Assembly (NCBI GenBank): GCA_946965045.2
Contig: OX337237.1
Span: forward strand, 2,294,001 to 2,358,000
DNA length: 64,000 nt
Origin: Epithemia pelagica
Taxonomy: Eukaryota > Protista > Bacillariophyta
Reading direction: 5' to 3'
Within the stretch, counting starts at the first letter, position 1; each line of letters starts with the position of its first letter. A model generated the notes under the pieces. It was not told where the DNA came from, made no database searches, and saw only the letters and a program-made list of their open reading frames with translations. A program made the translations under genes and the position numbers. Of the stretch, positions 56,830 to 64,000 are shown piece by piece.

Positions 56830-58890
56830 TTAGCACCTGATTCGAGACTCGGCACGCGAATTAAGATTTCCTCCTGCTCCAAACACAAATCGGTCCGACG
56901 TTTTGTACGGTGTATCCACCAGTCCTTGGACATAATCGAGCAAAAAGATAACAGCAAACTCCTCAAACGTCTGGCGAAGCAACTCAAAAAGACTATCGAT
57001 ATCAATGTAGGTATCTCGTAGGTTTGCCCCAACTTTCAAAACGTTGTTAAACGAAAAATAAACGGTGCTCATATCTTCACTTGGTGGTGGGAGACATGAG
57101 CTTCCCAGGTCAAACCTCAATGGCGATACATCTAGGACAATGACATCATCAGGTAGGTGAGTCTCAAGAAACAATGTCGTGGCATCCCTCAAATCTTTCT
57201 GCGAAGTCCTTATGTCTGCGATTGATGTCGAGTTTGGAACAGTCAGTGAAATTGAGAACCTTGTGCGAGCGACCACATAGTCCACAAGAGGATCATCAGT
57301 GAATTCATCATGTGATTCAAGCATAGACATCCCGAACGACTCGGTCGAGTCAAATGCGGAGGAACCAATTTCATCTACGCTTTGAACGTAGGCGGCCAAA
57401 TCTTGAGCCACGGTGGGTGGGAGGAAATCCCAGAGATCATCCTGCCCAAAGGCGTTTGGATCCCCTTGATATGTCACTGTGATTCTCCGAAATCCCAGCA
57501 GGTTCAAAGTGCCATATGTAATCCGCAAAGGAGACCATTCGGCAGAAACATATTGAAACGTTGCATTTTCTATCGATTGAAGAAAGTGAGACGACAACGT
57601 CTCATTGCAAAATGCCAATGTCCACTCTGACAATTGCCGGTAGTCGTCGATAGTCAACATGTTAACGTCAATGGGAAAGTTCCCATCATTATTTGGAAGA
57701 GCATAAATCTTTACGAAATCGAGGCGTGCTATCCTCTTTGGTAGCGTCGACTGTGGTTGTTTGCCTTTATCTAAATCTGCTGCACCGTTCATCTTTCCAG
57801 AGCCCTGGACTTCCGGACGATCGTGTCCTCCAGAACCTTTGACATCCACACTGTCATCATCGTCCATGAATGGAAACTTGGGCTCCGGTGCGCCTCCCTT
57901 GTTTGGTATCACCACAGTGAGGACAATCAAAACGAGTGCCACAGCCACAAAACAAACGAACATTACCCACATAAAGTTTCTTGACCTGTCGGACTCCATT
58001 CCCTCTTCTACAAGTTCGGCCTTGACAGCTTCAGCCGCCATACTTCGTCTTACTTCTTCTTTGATCCGATCTCGTTCTTGACGATCCAGGGTTTCCGCCA
58101 ATTCCGCTGTGAATACCAACTCATCTGGTATTGGTTCTTCTTCCAGATCTCCGCCATACACAACTCCAAAGAAATTGTGGCCTTCCAATTGAATGCCGGA
58201 CTCCTCATTTTCACTTATCCTGAAACTCGAACTACTAGAATCCGAAGATGAATCGGACGCAGTCCTTCCTCCCGGATAGATCCGAAACGCACCAGGTTGT
58301 GAAAAGTGAGTTGTGACAAAGGCTGGGAGTTGTGGTTGCTCTTGGTCGACATCATCCAATGAAATACTGTTGCGAATATTGGTATTGATTCGGTCTGTGA
58401 TCGACTGTCTTGGAGCTTCGTTTTCATTGCTATTGTTGCTTGATACCAAGGTTTCCACAGCAGGGTGTTCCTCTATGGGCAGTTCCGGTGACTCTCTGGA
58501 AGTAATAGAACTAGACCTTTCTCGGCCAGAAGTTGTCGGCAGTTCTGCACTATTGTCAACGAGTTTTACTTGACACTCTATGTTCTGTTGCACTTTGTTG
58601 TTGATTCTTGGAGCCGTCTCACGCTCTGAGTCCTGACAAGAATTCTTGGGACGGTTCAGCCATACCGCAAGATCATGATCAGAATGATCACCCGCCCCTT
58701 TTTGGAAACATCTTCCATGAGGGAGTTGTGCCTCAGGTAGGCTTGATGAGGCATGTGTCGAATGGTTGATGTCAGTGCTGTCAACCTGATTGTCATAGTT
58801 TTGTTCTTCACTATTCAAGGAGTCTTGATCCTCATCATTTGACTTCTCTCTCTTGTTGTTCGAATTGCTTTTCTCGTTGCTGTCTACCAT
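56830..58890 (-). CDS. Uncharacterised single-pass membrane protein (disordered cytosolic N-terminus, PGAF motif, one TM, luminal domain)
   Basis: Long intronless ORF; SQPGAFRIYPGG, VKAELV, and TM segment FMWVMFVCFVAVALVLIVLTVVIP. Confidence 0.7.
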   Translation of the reverse strand: MVDSNEKSNSNNKREKSNDEDQDSLNSEEQNYDNQVDSTDINHSTHASSSLPEAQLPHGRCFQKGAGDHSDHDLAVWLNRPKNSCQDSERETAPRINNKVQQNIECQVKLVDNSAELPTTSGRERSSSITSRESPELPIEEHPAVETLVSSNNSNENEAPRQSITDRINTNIRNSISLDDVDQEQPQLPAFVTTHFSQPGAFRIYPGGRTASDSSSDSSSSSFRISENEESGIQLEGHNFFGVVYGGDLEEEPIPDELVFTAELAETLDRQERDRIKEEVRRSMAAEAVKAELVEEGMESDRSRNFMWVMFVCFVAVALVLIVLTVVIPNKGGAPEPKFPFMDDDDSVDVKGSGGHDRPEVQGSGKMNGAADLDKGKQPQSTLPKRIARLDFVKIYALPNNDGNFPIDVNMLTIDDYRQLSEWTLAFCNETLSSHFLQSIENATFQYVSAEWSPLRITYGTLNLLGFRRITVTYQGDPNAFGQDDLWDFLPPTVAQDLAAYVQSVDEIGSSAFDSTESFGMSMLESHDEFTDDPLVDYVVARTRFSISLTVPNSTSIADIRTSQKDLRDATTLFLETHLPDDVIVLDVSPLRFDLGSSCLPPPSEDMSTVYFSFNNVLKVGANLRDTYIDIDSLFELLRQTFEEFAVIFLLDYVQGLVDTPYKTSDRFVFGAGGNLNSRAESRIRC

Positions 58891-59793
58891 AGTCGTGCTG
58901 CTGCTAGAAGGCAAGATCTAGGGAGACAACTTAGGAGAGGGGACGAAAGGTAAACGGAAGAAGCTCTGCTGAAGAGATTTCCATGTTTGCGATATCTCAC
59001 ATCTGCGATATCTCACAAAGTGTTTTGGCATAGCTCGGAGCGACGCCAAGCCAACCGGTGTGAAAGTCATCTTTCTCTCAACATCATCCCATTTTTCACA
59101 AGCTTTAAAAGCAGAGATGAGTAGGGAAAACATAATGATTCTCTAATCTTGGAAAGACTCATTAAGGGGAACAATCAGAAAAAGAATCACCTGAAGGGTG
59201 CACAAAGAGTCTTTGTTGGGGTAAGATTCATATTGACCTCCCAGCGGGGTTGATTTTTTAGGGTGCTAGAGAGTCATTTTCTACGAGGCGCACATCGGGT
59301 CGAATACACGTTGTCGATTGTCGAGCAAAGATCGATGATAAGCACGTCGTCAAGTTTTGTGCAAAGATCGATGAGACGATCAATTCATGATGGAGATTGT
59401 GGAGAATGATCGTGTCCCGCCACCACTGCACCGTGTCCTTACCTCTTGGATCTGTGTCAAACTCATGCGCACATCTTGAATGACCAGCTACCAGCCAAAG
59501 CCCGATCTATCATTGCATTTTGCCTCCCCATTAGCAGGACGGTAAAGAACTCTTTCAACCAAGTTGGGTGATCAAAGAACTCTGCCGCCGATAACGGAGG
59601 AGGAGTGGCTGCTTCTCCTTGCCGTCGCAATGCTCGTCTGATTGGGGACTCGGCATACCACTCGTCACCAATTACGAACCAAATTTCCCGAAATGTATGA
59701 GAATTGAGCGAACGAGTTTCTGGGGTCTCACATTACGGAATGCGGCTCTGGAATCACGCAGGACATTGCTCTCTCCAAATTAGCTGCTTTGAG

Positions 59794-61041
59794 TCAAGGA
59801 GCAAGATTCACGTCAAAGTATGCCCGCACGTATCCAAGATGAATAGTGAAATCTCGTCCATGAGCGGGTACAGGAAAAGCGTTACCATTGACGTCGACAA
59901 CGCCATCCAGGAGATCCTCCTGGAGAATTTGTACAGTGTCACTTGCGACAGTGTGGGCTGCGGGATGAACAAGCGCAGCAGCAGGAACTTGCTGAAGCGT
60001 CCCACGTTGAGTACAGAAAGCTCGCGCAGACTGCCGACTGAGTTCACAAGTACCAAAAGACCAGGCCCGAATGAACGTCGCCTGACTTCCTGGAGCATTG
60101 TTTATGCCACGTCGCCACAAGAGGGCAATGGCCGCAAAGGGTCGCTTTGCTCCACCCACGAGTGGTGGGCCACTTCGTTTGTAAACCTTGATCGCCATAG
60201 CAAAATCAGCCACAGGTTGCAACAGACATTCACTGACTTGCTCCATCAATTCTTTGGGACCCCTGTGCTCATACTCAAGATCAATCACTAATGATGCTCG
60301 TAGTTGCTGTGGCCGTCCTTGAGGGGGGAAAGTGCGTTGAATCACACTATCCGCTGCCACCTTGGCGCCTGATATTAGCACTCTTGTGCCGTCACTTCCG
60401 GCCGTAAAGATGGGATTATCCATGCCGTATTGACTGGAAAAAAGAAAGCAACTCAAAACGAATGGTGCAACAGCATTGCCATGCACAATGTCGCTTGCAA
60501 ACTTGGCGATCAAAAGATCACCTTCTACCGTCAAGGCGTACCAAAGCTTTTTAATGGGAGTCTCTGTCAGGGCGAGCCTTTCCATTTCAGTCGAAGGTAC
60601 TTTCCTGCAATTCCTGGCTACTAAAACATAATTCAAACCGTCAATGCCCTCCTCTTCGTCCCGACAGCGCCGCAGTGCCTCCAATGCTCCTAGACGAAGT
60701 TGCTCTTTGCACATTTGCTTCGGTTTGTAAGATTGCGTTAGTTTCCGACTCTTATTGTCGAGTTTGTAACGTCGCAGCTCGGCCTCAACGGCAGCATCCC
60801 AAAGGCTTCTGAGGCCAACAAGGTAAAGATCGCCATTCATTCTGTCAATTTCATATTTAAGAGAAAAAATTCCCGTTCCTGCGAGAGCACGCTGTTCAAT
60901 TTCTGGTGGAGGGGGACCATGCCTACGACGCATTACAAGAAGTCGCTGCGAAGGGTCTTGTTGCCCACGTCTTCTCACAAACTCCATAGCTCTCTCCTTC
61001 AATAGGTTCTCGAGGCGAGTGCTACTGACAGTAAAATCCAT
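59794..61041 (-). CDS. Putative PD-(D/E)XK restriction-endonuclease-fold protein (Uma2/Crinkler C-terminal type)
   Basis: 415-aa ORF; HGNAV..., VAADS, LVIDLEYEHR, FAMAIKVY pattern resembles Uma2-like REase cores. Confidence 0.5.
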   Translation of the reverse strand: MDFTVSSTRLENLLKERAMEFVRRRGQQDPSQRLLVMRRRHGPPPPEIEQRALAGTGIFSLKYEIDRMNGDLYLVGLRSLWDAAVEAELRRYKLDNKSRKLTQSYKPKQMCKEQLRLGALEALRRCRDEEEGIDGLNYVLVARNCRKVPSTEMERLALTETPIKKLWYALTVEGDLLIAKFASDIVHGNAVAPFVLSCFLFSSQYGMDNPIFTAGSDGTRVLISGAKVAADSVIQRTFPPQGRPQQLRASLVIDLEYEHRGPKELMEQVSECLLQPVADFAMAIKVYKRSGPPLVGGAKRPFAAIALLWRRGINNAPGSQATFIRAWSFGTCELSRQSARAFCTQRGTLQQVPAAALVHPAAHTVASDTVQILQEDLLDGVVDVNGNAFPVPAHGRDFTIHLGYVRAYFDVNLAP

Positions 61042-61591
61042 GCTACGGTCGTTCGTTTGGCTGGATTGTTATTTTGTTGTGGCCCCATTGTCATCTTGTG
61101 GTTGCTCGAAAATTCGAAAAGTGAGAGACGATTCATGGCACAAAATACGAGGCGAGGCCGGCGTTCAGATTGCAGATGGCAGGCTGACGTTCTGACATGG
61201 CAGGCGCTTTGGGAAAGAAACACAAAGAACGCTCGAAGGACAGAAATATACTTGTACAATACACCTACACCGCCCTCGGTGTGTGTGGTGACAGACAGAC
61301 GGTCGACCCTCGCGATATGGTTTATGGGGGTGGGTTTGAGGGGTATTTGTGGTTGTTTCGGGGGTGGCGGTGTGGTGTCTGTCGAAAGTACACGTGGTGT
61401 GACTGTGTCGTGCGTCGAGATGAACAGGGTGTGTCGTTCGTCCGGAATCATCCATTTTTGCGAACGAGAAAGAACGCCTCACATACTCACAACATTCCAA
61501 CAACAACACGAAGAGATCAATCCGCTAGCACTCCCCTGACAATCTATCCATCCCAGAGTAAAGAAAAGAAAGATAAGATTACGTCTCTGGT

Positions 61592-62761
61592 ATGAGTTTG
61601 CTCTCATCGCTGCAGGCTCGCAGCTCAAAAATGATTGGGGCCAGTTCAAATCTTGTTAGAGTAACCGGTCGAAGGCCGACGACGCTCAGTTCCTTCAGAT
61701 TGAAGCCTTTGGATCACCGTTCCAACAATTTTGGTGGCGACTTCCCTTCTTCTCTTCAAAGTCGGTCTCTCTACGACATAGGATCTCACCGACGAGATGA
61801 GGAGAAAGAAGAAAGGAAGAGGTCATGGCGTTCTCCGTCTGAAAGATGCAACAATGGCACTTTTGACAATAGTAATCTTGGAGAATCTTTATCACCATGG
61901 GTGCAAGTGCAACGTCGAGATTTGATGACAGTTTCTTCTATCAGAACCAATAAGCGGGAAGAGTTCGTATGTGCAGTTCCTCTGTCGGAAGGATCTTCTC
62001 TGCAGTTTTATCACTCGTGTCATCACGTGCATTCTGCTTCCTTATCCTCCACCTCTTCTTCAACATCATCGTCCTCGACATCTTCGTCATCGACATCATC
62101 GCACGGCAGTAATGACGATGACCACAATGATGATCACCCTCATCACAAACGAACTTGGCGCGAACGTTACAAGGAAGGGACGGCATCAGTGCGTGCTCAA
62201 GCAAAACATTTGCGAGAAAATGCACAAGCCTCCTTGACGGAATTCCGGGAGCATCCTGGAGAATCGGTCAAGGAAGGTGCCAAAAGCTTTTCGGGTATGA
62301 TGAAAGCTTATGGACCCGTCTTTGCAGGCGTCCATGTGAGCTTGTACTTTGCCACCATTGCCGGCTTGTTTGTGGGTGTCGATTCGGGCTTGCTCGATCC
62401 AGTCTACCTCATCAATCTGTTGGGGAATGCCGATACTTCCGCCACTGGTGTGGCCACGGAAACAAAAAATACTGTCGATGTCGTGGTTGAATGGATGCAA
62501 GCGCACACGTGGACCCAAGGCCTGGCGCCTGTCATTGAACGGAATCCTCATTTTGCCAGTTTCGCTGTGGCATGGATTACGGTCAAATTTACCGAACCAA
62601 TACGATTACCCATTTCCCTCTTTTTGACTCCACGTTTGGCCAGATACTTGGGCATCAAAGCCAAGTCCGAGACTCCTAGTGACGAGAAGAATGAGGATAC
62701 AACGGCGGCCGCCAAGGACTCTATAGAGACGGACGAAAAGTCAAATTCCTCCACAAAATAG
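61592..62761 (+). CDS. FAM210/DUF1279-like protein, probably mitochondrial
   Basis: MKAYGPVFAGVHVSLYF...FAVAWITVKFTEPIRLPISLFLTPRLARYL; Arg/Ser-rich presequence-like N-terminus. Confidence 0.85.
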   Translation: MSLLSSLQARSSKMIGASSNLVRVTGRRPTTLSSFRLKPLDHRSNNFGGDFPSSLQSRSLYDIGSHRRDEEKEERKRSWRSPSERCNNGTFDNSNLGESLSPWVQVQRRDLMTVSSIRTNKREEFVCAVPLSEGSSLQFYHSCHHVHSASLSSTSSSTSSSSTSSSSTSSHGSNDDDHNDDHPHHKRTWRERYKEGTASVRAQAKHLRENAQASLTEFREHPGESVKEGAKSFSGMMKAYGPVFAGVHVSLYFATIAGLFVGVDSGLLDPVYLINLLGNADTSATGVATETKNTVDVVVEWMQAHTWTQGLAPVIERNPHFASFAVAWITVKFTEPIRLPISLFLTPRLARYLGIKAKSETPSDEKNEDTTAAAKDSIETDEKSNSSTK

Positions 62762-63314
62762 AGAAAACAAACGATTCAGACCTCCATTCATTATCTCGTT
62801 GTTTTGCGACATACATTGACAACTACACTTGGTGTTTTCTGATGATTTTCTTACATCTCTTGTACAGGATAGGGTCTCAACCACACAATAATCTTCCCTT
62901 TCTTTTGACACGCTTCCCAACCACAAACATATACACCCTGAAACTCCAAATATTCACATATGTGCGGAATCTGTTTTCCGCTCACTTGTCACTGAAAACT
63001 GAAATACAAGATATTTAATAGAAATTTTTTTCATCCGCGTAGAGCTTGCTCGAGGAAATTTTGGAACACTTGCGTCACCATTTCATTGTGCGCTGGTTCT
63101 ACGAGAGTTGCAGAGCTGGGTAGAACCAAAGAAAACATTTTAACGACGATAATGTATTCTCTAGGTTTAGAGTGTTTTTGGTTCTAAATTGGAGCATTTG
63201 ACTTTAAAATGACCTCTCGTACAATGTGGAGAAATGTCCTGAAACGACAAGACTTTGAATTTAGAGAAAAGACCTCCCTCTAGGCTCTCTCTTGTTGTTC
63301 TTCTCCTGACATGT

Positions 63315-64000
63315 TTAGTTGGTGGCGACACCATTTCTCCTGGTACCGCGCGAAGCGGCTGATTTGCTTCGCGTAGTGGAGGCCGTAGATGCCCCTCTCG
63401 ACACGGATCGTCCCCGGTTGCTAGATGCTGTGGTTGTCGTCGTACCATTCTTTTTGCCGTTGGTAGAAGTAGCCTGTTGTTGCTTGGCCACCGATCGAGC
63501 GGTTTTGGTCGATTTGGTGCTTTTTTGTGAACCAATACTGTTGCGACGAGTGGCTGTGGTGGCCTTGGTCGATGCTGTGTTGCTGCTCGCATTGACTCCT
63601 CGCTTGACTGAGCCTGCCCGCGAGACAGAAGCCGATCGAGTGGATTTGGCATCTCCCGCTACCGATTTGATTTGCACTTGGCTTGTTTTCTTCTTTTTAC
63701 TTGAGCCGGCGCCGGATTTTTCCAACGCGTATTGACTGAATTGAGCCATGTCATAAATGGAGGATTGGGTCACTTCGGGAGAATGAGAAGTGAATAAATG
63801 CTGATCGTGAACTCCTCCCGATGTTATGTTGAAGGAAGCTTCGACACCAGCCTTCATGAGCTTAAAATGCATGGCAATGCCCATGTCGCGTAGCATATCC
63901 AACTGATAAACAATGACTTTTGTGGGAGGAAGGCCTTTGAGATCATTCTGAGAGGCACTCATGGGGAAGAGCGCTTTGGATGGTGCGGAATTAGTCTCGT
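63315..64000 (-). CDS. C-terminal part of an alpha/beta hydrolase (HSL/esterase family) with a basic low-complexity tail; 5' end outside the window
   Basis: DLKGLPPTKVIVYQLDMLRDMG...KLMKAGVEA...GGVH; the frame is open to the window edge. Confidence 0.75.
   Translation of the reverse strand, partial: ETNSAPSKALFPMSASQNDLKGLPPTKVIVYQLDMLRDMGIAMHFKLMKAGVEASFNITSGGVHDQHLFTSHSPEVTQSSIYDMAQFSQYALEKSGAGSSKKKKTSQVQIKSVAGDAKSTRSASVSRAGSVKRGVNASSNTASTKATTATRRNSIGSQKSTKSTKTARSVAKQQQATSTNGKKNGTTTTTASSNRGRSVSRGASTASTTRSKSAASRGTRRNGVATN

Noticed and set aside
59325-59374. 14-bp direct repeat GCAAAGATCGATGA x2
   Set aside because: Isolated, with no TIR or TSD context.
59463-59732. 90-codon open minus-strand frame without a start (FREIWFVIGDEWY...) downstream of the REase-like gene
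   Set aside because: No start, splice support or family motif. It could be a relic but is unsupported.

Overview
Eukaryotic nuclear DNA, most likely a (pennate) diatom. This is inferred from short spliceosomal introns, ASAFAP-type bipartite plastid-targeting presequences, a diatom-type cyclin and a CoDi-like copia element. About 45% of the window is transposable element: a decayed DIRS/tyrosine-recombinase-like retroelement running off the left edge, a full-length Ty3/Gypsy (204-bp LTRs, CCATA TSD), a non-autonomous TIR DNA element, a 5'-truncated RNase H-bearing LINE, and a very young Ty1/Copia (identical 379-bp LTRs, GTTCC TSD) inserted in a glycosyltransferase CDS. Host genes are a cyclin, a CCCH/F-box protein, a PDZ-like protein, LIS1, patatin, a tandem GT32 pair, plastid enolase, Tic110, plastid ABC-F, plastid EF-P, a 74-aa spliced membrane microprotein, an FAD oxidoreductase, a PD-(D/E)XK-like protein, FAM210 and a partial alpha/beta hydrolase. 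The strongest leads are (1) copia LTRs ending AGTC...GACT instead of TG...CA, (2) a degenerate C5-methyltransferase-like segment in the DIRS-like pol, and (3) a head-to-head plastid ABC-F/EF-P pair in which EF-P has an Arg (QARG) loop and the ABC-F Walker A is split by a 13-nt micro-exon. All family assignments come from motif recognition by eye; no database searches were run.
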